This document shows positions 1 to 10,030 of a stretch of DNA of 64,000 nucleotides, one piece after another. The stretch's first letter is position 1. The number at the start of each line of letters is the position of its first letter. This DNA is from an uncultured Deferribacteres bacterium. GTDB lineage: Bacteria > Zhuqueibacterota > Zhuqueibacteria > Zhuqueibacterales > Geothermadaptataceae. A model generated the notes under the pieces. That model did no database searches. It had not been told where the DNA came from and was given only the letters and a program-made list of their open reading frames with translations. The DNA lies in contig CAXHAT010000006.1 in NCBI GenBank assembly GCA_964014485.1, positions 21,070 through 85,069 of the forward strand. The letters are read 5' to 3'. Both the position numbers and the translations under genes were made by a program.

Positions 1-989
1 ACTCGGGCAGTGTTTTTGACTTCAAATGCATGCAAACCTTCCTCGCCGTAAAGCACAAAATCGACTTCAAGGCCGCCGCGAGAACGCCAGTAAAAAAACT
101 CAAACGGTTTGTCTTTGTGAGCATTCCAGGCGATCAAATTTTGCCCAATCAACCCTTCCAGAGCCGCGCCGCCGATTTCTTCCGGACGGTCAAGCGGGCC
201 TTTGGGACGCAGAGCAGTGAAAACGCCTGCGTCAAAGAAATAAAATTTAGGGTGGGTGACAAGATTGCGTTTTGCGCGCTTGGTAAACACCGGAATGCGG
301 AAAGCCAGCAGGATGTCTTCAAGAATCGTCAGGTAGCCTTCCACCACCTTGCGCTCAACCTGACATTCGCGCGCAACAGCGCTAATGTTCAACACTGACC
401 CATGTGAAAAACTTACGGCTTCCAAAAAACGTGAGAAGTTACCGATGTTGCGGACCAAGCCTTCCATTTGCACTTCTTCACGAATATAAAGCGTCGTATA
501 AGCTTCCAGCGCCGCATGTTTGTCCATCGCCGTCGTGACCACTGGCAGCAACCCGTGTTTTAGCGCATCGTCCAGTGAGGTGTTTTGATCCAGCTCCGCC
601 AGCATGAAGGGGTGCATCATTCGCAGTAAAACTCGCCCGGCGAGAAGGTTGACGCCCGTTCGTTTGAGTTTTCGCGCGCTTGAACCCGTCAAAATGAATT
701 GCTTGCCGGTTTTTTGCTCGATCAAACTATGAATGGCGCTGAGCATTTCCGGAGCCTTTTGAATTTCATCGACGACAACGGTTCTCGCTTCGGGATTGCC
801 TTGCACCAATTCTGCGATACGCTCCGGATGCGCCGTAAAATTGCGAAAAACGTCCGGCTTCAGCAAATCCACCCAAAGGGCTTTCGGGTAATGCTGTTTG
901 AGAAAAGTCGATTTCCCTGTCCCGCGCGGCCCGAAAAGAAAATAGCTTTGCTCTGAAGTTTGGAAGAATCTTGGAATGTATTTTTCCAT
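1..989 (-). CDS. AAA_14/DUF4143-type ATP-binding protein, 3' end runs off the window
   Basis: Not in the ORF track because it has no stop inside the window. Manual translation from ATG 989 gives MEKYIPRFFQTSEQSYFLFGPRGTGKST (Walker A), VVVDEIQKAP (Walker B) and FILTGSSARKLK...NLLAGR, the family signature. Confidence 0.85.
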   Translation of the reverse strand, partial: MEKYIPRFFQTSEQSYFLFGPRGTGKSTFLKQHYPKALWVDLLKPDVFRNFTAHPERIAELVQGNPEARTVVVDEIQKAPEMLSAIHSLIEQKTGKQFILTGSSARKLKRTGVNLLAGRVLLRMMHPFMLAELDQNTSLDDALKHGLLPVVTTAMDKHAALEAYTTLYIREEVQMEGLVRNIGNFSRFLEAVSFSHGSVLNISAVARECQVERKVVEGYLTILEDILLAFRIPVFTKRAKRNLVTHPKFYFFDAGVFTALRPKGPLDRPEEIGGAALEGLIGQNLIAWNAHKDKPFEFFYWRSRGGLEVDFVLYGEEGLHAFEVKNTAR

Positions 990-1264
990 TTTGCCCTGCA
1001 TTTTGGAAGTTTTTTTCCAAAAACAAGATATTCGAAAGTCATTCAGATGTCAAGAAGAAGCTCGCAATGACGTCAGCGTACGTGATTCGAATCGCGAATG
1101 CAGGATAAAGTCGGCGTTAATCCGGCTTCCGAGGTTTTGCACGGATAAGTCGTTTCAACCGAGAAGCGCGGAATTTGTTATTCCAAACCCCGCGTTCGCG
1201 AACCAAATAAACGTGAAGGCGTCACGCCATCAAAACATACGGCGGGATAAAAACCGGAATAAAA

Positions 1265-2908
1265 TTATTTGAGCAGAAGCGCTTTTTGTGTTTTCACTTT
1301 TCCGCTTCCGGCAACCATCTTAATGAAGTAGACACCGGCGGAAAAGCCGGAGGCGTCCCAAACGACGCTATGCGTTCCCGCGCTCTGCCGCTCATCGACG
1401 ATGACGTCTATAAATTGACCAGCGGTATTGTAGATCGATATTTTCACATGAGCATTTTCAGACAGATCATAGTTAATTCGCGTCTGCGGGTTGAAAGGAT
1501 TCGGGTAGTTCTGATGCAATTGAAACGCAGACGGCTGGGAAGAAGCAGGATCGACGTCCGTCGTCATATCCCCGAGTCTGGCGATAACAACATCCCGCTC
1601 TCCGTCACTCGTCAACGTTTCGCCGCCAAACTGGGCTGAGCCGCCGTAGTTGCCAAGCAGCACGGCGTCTCCGGTAGAGTGAGCAGCTATGGCGGAAGGA
1701 AAATCTTCGAGAATGCCGCCAGATTGCTCGACCCAGAAAAACTCACCATCTGCACCATACTTGGCAGTGAAAATGTCCGCATCGCCGCCACCGCCTGTTT
1801 CTGAGAGCATGACCGTGTCGAACGTGACGTCCCCGCGGAAAGCCCCAATGATCAAACAATTGCCCGCCGCATCGATAGCCAGATCATGGGCATGGTCGCC
1901 TTCAGGCCCGCCCGCCTGCCTGACCCAGAGGGGTTTCCCGGCGGCGTCGTATTTTGCCAGAAAGAGGTCGAATTGCCCCAGACTGGTGAGTGTTTCGCCG
2001 CCATAGGTCGCTTCTTCCCAGAACTCTCCAAAAACCAGAATATTGCCGTCAGCGTCCAGCGCGATCGCGACGCCGCTATCACCACTGCTGCCGCCCTGCT
2101 GTAAAACCCAGAGCAAGTTGCCAAGATGATCATACTTGGCAATAAATGTATCTCCAAACCCCATACTGGTCAGGGTCGTGTCATTGAAGGAGGAGATTTC
2201 AGAAAACCAACCCGTGACGTAGCTCGCACCCATCTCATCTACGGCGACGCTGGCGCCTATTTCCAATCCCGTGCCGCCAGCCTGGGCGGCCCACAGAAAA
2301 TTGCCGTCCTTGTCAAATCTGGCGACCAAGATGTCTAAACTGCCGAAGCTGGTCAGAGTGGTGTCTCCTATTGATATTTCATCGACAAAATGACCCGTTA
2401 GAGAAATATTGCCCGACATGTCACCGGCGATATCGCGTGGATTGAAGGAACCGGCCTGCGTGACCCAAAGCATATTCCCGTTCTCATCATACTTTGCAAC
2501 GTAGGTCCCGCCGGCGCTCAGCGTGGAATCACCCACGACTGATCCCTCACCCAAGAGCATGGCGACCAGCATGTTATTCGATCCATCGACTGTTAAGGCC
2601 CAGCTAAGGTCGCCATTGCCCCCGCCAGCTTGCTTCACCCAGATCGCTTCACCGTTTTCGTTGTACTTGGCGAGGAAGATATCGGAGTCACCCCGACTTT
2701 CCAGTGAAACGCCGCCGAGAACAGCCGTGCCGTTAAAAGTGCCCGCCACCAGAGTATTGCCTGACGCGTCAACAACAATACCGCTGCCGCTGATCATTTC
2801 GGTTCCTTTAACTTCTTGCAACCAATGCCACTGCGGATTTTGTGCAGCAACTGCCTGGCTGATGAAAAGAGCAACAACAAATAGCAAGGGTCGAATCAAA
2901 TTTCGCAT
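1265..2908 (-). CDS. Secreted SBBP-repeat beta-propeller protein with C-terminal T9SS/FlgD-like sorting domain
   Basis: Signal peptide, about 7 repeats of 'D..GN..V.G.F...DIF.AKY...G...W..QAGG', and a C-terminal QNYPNPFNP...KALLLK tail. Confidence 0.85.
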   Translation of the reverse strand: MRNLIRPLLFVVALFISQAVAAQNPQWHWLQEVKGTEMISGSGIVVDASGNTLVAGTFNGTAVLGGVSLESRGDSDIFLAKYNENGEAIWVKQAGGGNGDLSWALTVDGSNNMLVAMLLGEGSVVGDSTLSAGGTYVAKYDENGNMLWVTQAGSFNPRDIAGDMSGNISLTGHFVDEISIGDTTLTSFGSLDILVARFDKDGNFLWAAQAGGTGLEIGASVAVDEMGASYVTGWFSEISSFNDTTLTSMGFGDTFIAKYDHLGNLLWVLQQGGSSGDSGVAIALDADGNILVFGEFWEEATYGGETLTSLGQFDLFLAKYDAAGKPLWVRQAGGPEGDHAHDLAIDAAGNCLIIGAFRGDVTFDTVMLSETGGGGDADIFTAKYGADGEFFWVEQSGGILEDFPSAIAAHSTGDAVLLGNYGGSAQFGGETLTSDGERDVVIARLGDMTTDVDPASSQPSAFQLHQNYPNPFNPQTRINYDLSENAHVKISIYNTAGQFIDVIVDERQSAGTHSVVWDASGFSAGVYFIKMVAGSGKVKTQKALLLK

Positions 2909-3092
2909 TTTGAATCTCCGAAGTGGGTGAAAAAAGTAGACATGGATTATTCATCATCAACAAAACCGGCAAATGAGGGCGCTCATGATAGTCGCTGATT
3001 GGCGTCGGTGAGGCAACACATTGAAGCATGTTGCTTTGCGGATGGCAAGACGGCGTTTATTTTCGTTTCTTCAAAAGCCTCTTCTTCTTGAG

Positions 3093-4295
3093 TTAAGGAT
3101 ACTTGATCTCCTCGAGCCAAATAAGCAAAAGCGCATTCGCGACAGGGCGTTCTCCCGCAGCGTCGGAGGGGCGGTTGACGATTTGGTTTTCGACAATCAT
3201 CGTCGTGGAGCCGCCGCCGTCGAGGTTGAGCGCTTCGGTACAGCCGAGGTTTTTGAGGTGGGTTGCGAGTTCCAGGAGCGTCATGCCAACGCTGTAATTT
3301 TCCTGCCTGCCGTCGACAGTCATGAGATAGACCGTGTCAGCTTGCGCTGTGTAACCAATGGCCGTGCGCGGATGGCGCAAAAACGCAAAGCTTTCTTTCG
3401 CGCCTTCTTCGCGCCAGTCGATTTGAATTCTGCCGTTTTTGATTAACCGCGGAATGCCGCCGATTGCTTGCACAATTCCAGTTTCCCCCGGTTCGAGATC
3501 AAAGGAGACTTGAACCGTATCGCCGGTTGCAGCGTAATTTTCCAGAAAAGATGCTGCTTCTCCATGCCCGGAAAGCACGTACGTGCCATTGTGGAGCGGC
3601 ATCGCTGGGCCGTCCAATCTCCGCTCGCCGACAAGCATGTCGAGCTTTCTATTGACGCAAAACCGTTCCAAAGGTCTAATCCGGACTTCCCGCCCGAATT
3701 CATTTGTGCCCGTGTCTCCGCCCCAATAGTGATTGAAAAAAATCAAAGCGTCTTCGCCGCGCTGCGTGTTCACGCTTTTGATCGGAAACCACGTCGAATC
3801 ATTGACGGTGAGCCTGGCTTCGAGGTGGAAAATATCAATGGACGGTTTGCCGCTTTCATCGATAAAAAAAACAGATCGTTCTGCGGGCGGACGCAGGATT
3901 TCACCGTTCCGGATTTGCAAATTGACGGTCCTGCCTTCCGTCGAGAAAAAATCGCCGTTGATCGCGGCGATAACGCGGCGGTTTTTGCGATTTGAGCGCG
4001 AACTCATCGCACTGGTCGTCTCGCGCCCAACGATATTGTCCAGCGCTTTGACCGTTTCAAAAGCAAGTTGTTTTTGTTTTAGATCGATTTCAAGAACCTG
4101 AATCGACCAGGGTTTTTCAGGGACGGTTTCCAAAATCAAGCGCACGCCAGGAACGATGCGGCGAACCGTTTTCTCCGCGAAAAGATCGCCGCCGAGCAGC
4201 AGCAGACAGAGCCCCGCCGTGAGCGCCACGTTTTTGGGGATTAATGGAATATTGGATTGTTGGAGTTTTGGCAAAACAACATTCCAAAAATCCAT
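3093..4295 (-). CDS. Phosphodiester glycosidase (NAGPA-like) family protein; start uncertain (ATG 4295 or GTG 4229)
   Basis: Motifs AINGDFF, RHPRTAIG, VDGRQ..SVGM, ALNLDGGGST and ERPVANAL. Confidence 0.85.
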   Translation of the reverse strand: MDFWNVVLPKLQQSNIPLIPKNVALTAGLCLLLLGGDLFAEKTVRRIVPGVRLILETVPEKPWSIQVLEIDLKQKQLAFETVKALDNIVGRETTSAMSSRSNRKNRRVIAAINGDFFSTEGRTVNLQIRNGEILRPPAERSVFFIDESGKPSIDIFHLEARLTVNDSTWFPIKSVNTQRGEDALIFFNHYWGGDTGTNEFGREVRIRPLERFCVNRKLDMLVGERRLDGPAMPLHNGTYVLSGHGEAASFLENYAATGDTVQVSFDLEPGETGIVQAIGGIPRLIKNGRIQIDWREEGAKESFAFLRHPRTAIGYTAQADTVYLMTVDGRQENYSVGMTLLELATHLKNLGCTEALNLDGGGSTTMIVENQIVNRPSDAAGERPVANALLLIWLEEIKYP

Positions 4296-4310
4296 TATTC
4301 CATTAATCCA
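4238..4310. repeat. Inverted pair of 8-nt-period GGA-N5 arrays
   Basis: GGA occurs at 4238/4246/4254/4262 and TCC at 4283/4291/4299/4307. Related arrays lie at 44141-44174 and 54822-54900. Confidence 0.7.
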
Positions 4311-4333
4311 TTTTGCATTTATGCGGATGCGCC

Positions 4334-5179
4334 TCACCCCTTCACCCCTCCCAACGTCAGCCCCGAAACCAGCCATCGGCTCAAAAATAAAAACAAAATC
4401 ACAACCGGCATACTGACGACAACGGCGCCTGCGCTATAAAGCCCCCACTGCGTATCAAACGCGGATTGGAACAGCTTCAAGCCCAGCGGCAAAGTAAACA
4501 GATTTTGATCATTCACCAGCACGGCGGCGACGAGATATTCCGACCAGGCGGACATAAACGAAAACAGCGCGGTGATCACAAGCGCGGGCGCGGCGAGGGG
4601 CAAAACGATGATGTGAAAAGTCTGCCATTGCGTGCAGCCGTCGATGCGGGCGGCTTCTTCCAGACTCACCGGAATCGTATCGTAGTAGCCTTTCATTTGC
4701 CACACGCAAAACGGCAATGCCGTGGCGGAATAGGCGATCACCAGCCCCAGAAAGGTGTCGTACACTTGCAAATGCAAAAGCATCAAAAACAACGGCAAAA
4801 GCAGCATGGTGACCGGGAACATTTGCGTGGTGATCAGCGCAATCATGCCGAAATCACGACCGATGAAACGGTAGCGCGAAAAGGCGTATCCGGCGGTTGA
4901 CGCCAGCGAGACGCCAACGACCGTGACGGTGAATGAAACCAGCAGACTGTTGCCGAGCCAGCGCAAAAACGGTTGCTGAGTGAACAACTCTTTGTAAGTG
5001 CCCCAAGTCGCATTTTCGGGAATCAGAGCGAGCGAGGTCGTGTGCAGCATGTCGCCGGGACGGATCGAAATGCTGACCACGCGCAAAACCGGATAGACGG
5101 CAATCGTCGCCGCGACGATCAGAATCGCGTAGATGAGAATGGTGACGTACAGCGGGTCTCTGCCGGATTTCGAAGCCAT
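4334..5179 (-). CDS. Sugar ABC transporter permease (MalG-like)
   Basis: EAA loop LEEAARIDGC and 6 TM segments. The start MASKSGRDP overlaps the upstream stop (TGATG); the ORF-track extension to 5569 overlaps the MalF-like gene. Confidence 0.9.
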   Translation of the reverse strand: MASKSGRDPLYVTILIYAILIVAATIAVYPVLRVVSISIRPGDMLHTTSLALIPENATWGTYKELFTQQPFLRWLGNSLLVSFTVTVVGVSLASTAGYAFSRYRFIGRDFGMIALITTQMFPVTMLLLPLFLMLLHLQVYDTFLGLVIAYSATALPFCVWQMKGYYDTIPVSLEEAARIDGCTQWQTFHIIVLPLAAPALVITALFSFMSAWSEYLVAAVLVNDQNLFTLPLGLKLFQSAFDTQWGLYSAGAVVVSMPVVILFLFLSRWLVSGLTLGGVKG

Positions 5180-6135
5180 CAGTAGGCGCCCTCCGTCGCT
5201 TTGGTTCGCCGAATCATGTTCACGCCGATAAGCAGTAAAATGAGAAAAATCACAATTGAAAGCGCCGCCGCGTAACCGTATTTGTAATAATTGAACACTT
5301 CTCGATAGACGTATGAGACGAGAATATGGGTCTGGTCCGCCGGTTTGCCGCCGTCGGAGACGAGCCAGATCACGTTGAAATTGTTGAATGTCCAGACGAA
5401 GCCGAGAGAGACCGCCGGGATCATGACCGGTTTCAGGAGCGGCAGAGTGATTTTTTTGAATTGCAGCCAGCGACTGGCGCCGTCCACGCGTGCGGCTTCG
5501 TAAAGTTCGTGGGGGATGGATTGTAGGCCGCCAAGCGCAACGATCATCATGAACGGAAAACCAAGCCAAATATTGGTGATCGTGGCCGCGGCGAACGCGC
5601 CTTCAGGAGTTGAGAGCCACTCGTAGGGCGGCGCCTGCAAAGCCAGGCCGGAGATTGAATTTATGAAATCGACGACCGGTTCAATTACTGATTTTGCTTC
5701 AACAAGCCAAAGGTTGATGGCGCCGTATCGATGGTTGAACATGCCGCGCCAGGTTAACGCGACGATGTATTGCGGAATCGCCCAAGGCAAAATCAACAGC
5801 GTCCGAAAAATCGCCCGTCCTCTGAGCGGACGGTTCAGAAGCATGGCCAGGAAAAGGCCGATGGTGACGTGGAAAAATACGTTGATGATCGTCCAGGCCA
5901 GCGTTTTCCAGAGCACGATGTAAAATCGCGGTTCGGAGAAAACAGCGATATATTGATCGAACCAGACGAAATCCCAATCGCGGAAATGCGTAAGGTTCAT
6001 GTTCGAGAACGAGAGGACGACGTTATAAATAAAGGGGTAAATGACCACAAACCCCATGATCAAAAAGGAAGGGAGAATGTAGAAATAGGCGATCTTGTTC
6101 TGGCGGAAATTATCTCGCAGGTCGGCGTAGGTCAC
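5179..6135 (-). CDS. Sugar ABC transporter permease (MalF-like)
   Basis: Motifs LYEAARVDGAS, ILPWAIP and FNNFNVIWL. Confidence 0.9.
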   Translation of the reverse strand: MTYADLRDNFRQNKIAYFYILPSFLIMGFVVIYPFIYNVVLSFSNMNLTHFRDWDFVWFDQYIAVFSEPRFYIVLWKTLAWTIINVFFHVTIGLFLAMLLNRPLRGRAIFRTLLILPWAIPQYIVALTWRGMFNHRYGAINLWLVEAKSVIEPVVDFINSISGLALQAPPYEWLSTPEGAFAAATITNIWLGFPFMMIVALGGLQSIPHELYEAARVDGASRWLQFKKITLPLLKPVMIPAVSLGFVWTFNNFNVIWLVSDGGKPADQTHILVSYVYREVFNYYKYGYAAALSIVIFLILLLIGVNMIRRTKATEGAY

Positions 6136-6236
6136 GTTTATAATCGGTCTTGAAGATTGTTCTTTTTGATTGCTCTACATCACGGAAGTTATATATTGCT
6201 TCTCATCTAATTTTTGAACGTAAAATACACAAAATC

Positions 6237-6515
6237 ATGGCAGAAGCATTTTCCGTCATAACGGTTTCTCGATATTTCTCTGATTTCGTCAATCGAGTTG
6301 TCGAAAAAAAGGAACATTTCATTCTGCTCCGGGATCGGGAGCCGATTGCGGAATTGCGTCCCGTTTCGAGAAGCGGCAGGCTTGGCAAATTATCGGATTT
6401 GCTAGTATCATTGCCAAAAATTTCACCTGAAGAAGCGGAAGAATTTGCTGCTGATCTTGCCGATATTAAAAACGCTCTTTCCACTGAAAACCTTCGCGAT
6501 CCATGGAGCTTTTAA
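6237..6515 (+). CDS. Phd/YefM-like antitoxin (orphan)
   Basis: SRYFSDFVNRV...HFILLR..EPIAELRP has the Phd/YefM N-terminal pattern, followed by an acidic tail ending DPWSF. Confidence 0.7.
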   Translation: MAEAFSVITVSRYFSDFVNRVVEKKEHFILLRDREPIAELRPVSRSGRLGKLSDLLVSLPKISPEEAEEFAADLADIKNALSTENLRDPWSF

Positions 6516-6533
6516 CGGACTTTAACTCGATAC

Positions 6534-7118
6534 TTAATTTCGACTGAACATTTTCATCAAAACTCCGCCCGTAACCGTGCCAAGAATCACGCCTCCCGCC
6601 AAAACTATCAAAATATAAAGAAGCGCGCCCAAGACGCCGGTGACATTAGAAACGAATCGCAATGAATCCGCAAGCGACGATGCTCCCCCAGCCAATGCCC
6701 AACCCGCGAAACCGGCAACCGGCCAAAGGTTCATTTTGGCGGATCGTCTTGGTAAAAGCCGCATCTGCAGCAAACCGGTTAAAAGTCCGCCAGCCGCGAT
6801 GGAAATTGGCAGTGAGTAAGGCAATTTGTAATTGAGAACTTTGAAAATATCAAAAACGACAAAGGGCGCGCCCATGCCAATCGCCGACATGGTTAGCCAT
6901 TGTTTCGGAGAATCGAGCCAACCTTTCGCCGCCCGCCCTTGCATGAATCCAACGCCCGCCCCCATGCCGACACCGATCATAAACTGACTGCTTCCAACGC
7001 CGATCGCATCCCAGATGAGCACCAATCCAATGACCAGAAAAAAGCCGATCACCCAGCCTAAAAAAGTGGCGCGAAGCCAGATGGAAAATGAAAATTTCTT
7101 TGCCTTTTCTCGCGTCAT
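6534..7118 (-). CDS. Hypothetical polytopic membrane protein
   Basis: 194 aa with about 6 Gly-rich hydrophobic helices. Confidence 0.75.
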   Translation of the reverse strand: MTREKAKKFSFSIWLRATFLGWVIGFFLVIGLVLIWDAIGVGSSQFMIGVGMGAGVGFMQGRAAKGWLDSPKQWLTMSAIGMGAPFVVFDIFKVLNYKLPYSLPISIAAGGLLTGLLQMRLLPRRSAKMNLWPVAGFAGWALAGGASSLADSLRFVSNVTGVLGALLYILIVLAGGVILGTVTGGVLMKMFSRN

Positions 7119-7182
7119 TTCTTCATCCTGTAAATCCGGTTGATCCAGTCAAAAACTTTAAGAAAAAAACTCCCGGTACGAT

Positions 7183-8421
7183 TTAGTTCAACATCTCACG
7201 AATCAATTTTTCCGCGTCCTTTTGCATTTTTTCGGCTGCCGCCGCCGGTGTGAGCGTGCCGTTTAAAACGGACTGATACGCCGGGCGCATCGCGTCCCAA
7301 ATGGCGCGCATTTCAGGATCGATGGGCATGGAGCGGCCAACCAAAACCTGCTTCATAGAATTTTGCAAAATGACGTCGTGATCAAAAATCGGGTCGGCGA
7401 GCGCTTCTTTTCGGCTGGGGATGGCTTTGAGCTTTTTGGTGAATTCCAGTTCGACTTCCGGCGAAGTTAAGTAGCGTAAAAGCTGCAAAACGCGCTCTCG
7501 TTTTTCGTCGTTCAGATTGACGTTGAGCGAATAACCCGTCGCCGAAACCATTGGCGTGGCCCAAAGTCCTGTCTCTGGCGTTTTCGGAATACGAGCCAGG
7601 CCAATGTCGACGCCGGCATCGATATACCCGCCCCACGACCACGGACCGTTGATGATCATGGCGGCGTTTTGGGTTTTGAAAAGCTGGTCGGCGATATTGA
7701 GATCGCATTCTTGCGGAATCACGCCGGCGTCGCGCAATTTCAAAATAAACTCACAAGCCGCGATCGTCGCTTCTGTGTTCAGCGTCGGCTGTGCGTTTTC
7801 ATCCATGACCCAGCCGCCGTAGCCGCCAAGAAATGGAATGAAGAAAAACGGCTCAATGAAATTCCAGACGAGCGCATAGCTGTCGATCAAACCGTCGCCG
7901 TCCAGGTCTCTGGAAAAATCTTTGGCGAGCTCGAACAATTCATCCGTTGATTGCGGCGGCTCGGAGATCATTTTTTTATTGTAAACCAGCGTCAAATGAT
8001 TACCAATGCGGTCGGCGAGCATGTAGAGACGGTCTTTATAATAAACCGTCGCCTTCTCGTCAAACCTGGCCAATTCTTCGGCGCTGAAATAGTCTTCCAT
8101 CGGCGAGATTACCCCCATGATGTGAAACGGCCCGATCATGTCCGAAGGGCCGTAGAGCAAGTCCGGGCCAGAGCCGCCCAGCGCCGCAATCAGGTAATTG
8201 CTGCGCAATTCTTCGGTCTCGTAATAGCGCAACTCAACGTGAACGCCCGAGTTCTCCGTCATGTACACGTCCAGCAGCGAATCGAGCACCGCACGGCCAT
8301 GCGAAAAATCCTGCGTCCAGATGACAATGTCGTTTTCATCCCGCCGCCCGGTTCCAAACGCGAGCAAGAGAATGACAAGCCCTAGAAAAAGGCCAATAAT
8401 TGCGAGGGTGAATTTTTGCAT
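7183..8421 (-). CDS. Sugar ABC transporter substrate-binding protein (MalE-like)
   Basis: Motifs GPDLL, LVYNKKMI, AAMIINGPWS and MP..PEM..IW; N-terminal membrane anchor. Confidence 0.9.
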   Translation of the reverse strand: MQKFTLAIIGLFLGLVILLLAFGTGRRDENDIVIWTQDFSHGRAVLDSLLDVYMTENSGVHVELRYYETEELRSNYLIAALGGSGPDLLYGPSDMIGPFHIMGVISPMEDYFSAEELARFDEKATVYYKDRLYMLADRIGNHLTLVYNKKMISEPPQSTDELFELAKDFSRDLDGDGLIDSYALVWNFIEPFFFIPFLGGYGGWVMDENAQPTLNTEATIAACEFILKLRDAGVIPQECDLNIADQLFKTQNAAMIINGPWSWGGYIDAGVDIGLARIPKTPETGLWATPMVSATGYSLNVNLNDEKRERVLQLLRYLTSPEVELEFTKKLKAIPSRKEALADPIFDHDVILQNSMKQVLVGRSMPIDPEMRAIWDAMRPAYQSVLNGTLTPAAAAEKMQKDAEKLIREMLN

Positions 8422-8518
8422 GGTTCTGTGAGAAGATCGTATCAGCAGTTTTGTGTGGCAATATATCTTGAGAGGCAGGCTTATGCAAGCGAATTCATTG
8501 GGTAAGGATACTCATGGT

Positions 8519-8544
8519 GCGAGACGTGAGGTCTCACGTCTCGC
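8519..8544. terminator. Perfect palindrome just 3' of the 8550-9899 gene (terminator or REP-like hairpin)
   Basis: gcgagacgtgag-gt-ctcacgtctcgc; no clear U-tract. Confidence 0.45.
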
Positions 8545-8549
8545 TATGC

Positions 8550-9899
8550 TCAACGAATAAGCAAAAATTTGCGCTGAGCGATGAAATCTTTTGTTTGCAA
8601 ACGGTAGAAATATATTCCGCTGGACAAGCGTTCCGCATCAAAAATGAATTCGTGCAGCCCGGGGGCGACGGACTCGTCTAACAGGGTTGAGATTTCCCTT
8701 CCTCGACTGTCGAAGACTGAGAGCGTTACGTGAGACGTTTGCGGAAGCGTGAAGGCAATTATTGTTGAAGGGTTGAACGGGTTGGGGTAGTTTTGCAGTA
8801 AAGCATATTCTGCCGGCAGTTTTTCCCCCTGTTCGTTGAGAACGGTGGTCGGAACGTCTATTTGAAAACCACCTTCGCCGTTCGTTGCATCAGTTTGCAG
8901 CACTCCGTCGGAAGCCGTCACTCGCCAATTTACGGTTTGCAGTCCGCTCACGAACGGATATATCCCAAAGTTTAGACTGTAGCTTGTGTCTTGCAGCGCA
9001 ACAAAAGAAGTGTCAATTCCTGCAGCGCTGACATCCAGGGAGTAAGTGATCGGCTCCCCGTCTACATCGTTTGATTTCGCCCATTTAAATTCAATGGCGG
9101 TGTGCGGCTGCGTGCTGCTGTCCGCCGGTAACAAGCGAGCAAACTCTCCTGGATGGTCGTTCACCGGCGCCACAACGACGATGACGGAATCGATGCCGGA
9201 AGCGCCGGCACTGTCCGAAGCGGTAAAATGAATTTGCTCAGCGCCATGCCAATTCGCGCTAGCAAAAATCAGCGCCGTACGAGCGCCGGCGTCAATCTGA
9301 GCATTTACGTTAAGACCGCCGGACATTTGCCAAGTTAACGAACCGTCCGTATTGTTGGGATCGCTTACCACTTCGTCAAGACTGAGCGTCAGCGAGCCGT
9401 CTTCCGGAAAATTCACCGTATCCGGCAACGAAACGACCGGGGCCGGGTTTGAAACGCCGTTGAGCATTTCAATCACTGAATAAAGCCCGTTTTCGAACGT
9501 TCCGTCGCCAACAGAAAAGCTCACTTCAGCATCCATCTCTAAATCGCTGCTGGCGTCATACACTCGGAAATGCATGATCTCACCCGAAAGATAACCATCG
9601 ATTTCCGGCGTTTGCGGATCATCTTTCCAGGCGGCAAGGGCGACTTGCGTGGACGAATCTGGCGCAACGCTCCCAACGCAAACGCCTCCCGGCGTCAAAA
9701 CGGCGATTTCGTCTCCGGGCTGCAAGGGCTGACCGTCAATGGCGGCTTGCTCGATGACAATACTGTAGGATGATTCGGTGTTGGCAATGCAGTTAAAGTG
9801 CGTTTGTGCGTAGCTCTTTGAGAAAAACATGAACAAACACAAGGTTCCGGCAAGCCTTGAATAAATGCTGTATGTCGCTGCTTTTTTCATAGAGTTCAT
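8550..9899 (-). CDS. Secreted Ig-like/cadherin-like domain protein with C-terminal sorting domain
   Basis: Signal peptide, N.AP...EDGS...V.PVND Ig-like repeat and QNYPNPFNP...KFLLIR tail. Its N-terminal domain is shared with the upstream S8 protein. Confidence 0.8.
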   Translation of the reverse strand: MNSMKKAATYSIYSRLAGTLCLFMFFSKSYAQTHFNCIANTESSYSIVIEQAAIDGQPLQPGDEIAVLTPGGVCVGSVAPDSSTQVALAAWKDDPQTPEIDGYLSGEIMHFRVYDASSDLEMDAEVSFSVGDGTFENGLYSVIEMLNGVSNPAPVVSLPDTVNFPEDGSLTLSLDEVVSDPNNTDGSLTWQMSGGLNVNAQIDAGARTALIFASANWHGAEQIHFTASDSAGASGIDSVIVVVAPVNDHPGEFARLLPADSSTQPHTAIEFKWAKSNDVDGEPITYSLDVSAAGIDTSFVALQDTSYSLNFGIYPFVSGLQTVNWRVTASDGVLQTDATNGEGGFQIDVPTTVLNEQGEKLPAEYALLQNYPNPFNPSTIIAFTLPQTSHVTLSVFDSRGREISTLLDESVAPGLHEFIFDAERLSSGIYFYRLQTKDFIAQRKFLLIR

Positions 9900-9997
9900 T
9901 CTCCTTCAATAAAAAACTGCTCCTCATTTGAATGAGAGAGCAGTTCACAAAAGATAGTTTTTATTTAAACGACTGATGCAACTAGATGGCATGACAA

Positions 9998-10024
9998 CGC
10001 CGCGCATTTCTGTAATGCGCGGCG
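9998..10024. terminator. GC-rich hairpin just after the S8 protease stop codon
   Basis: cgccgcgcatt-tctgt-aatgcgcggcg; weak U-tract, so it may be an mRNA-stabilising stem instead. Confidence 0.45.
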
Positions 10025-10030
10025 CCGACA

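Noticed and set aside
26..956. Plus-strand ORFs at the window start
   Set aside because: They are antisense to the AAA_14 ATPase, which has clear Walker motifs on the minus strand.
1038..1072. Possible remnant of a GTCATT...AATGAC REP
   Set aside because: Only 6-bp arms remain, too short to distinguish from chance.
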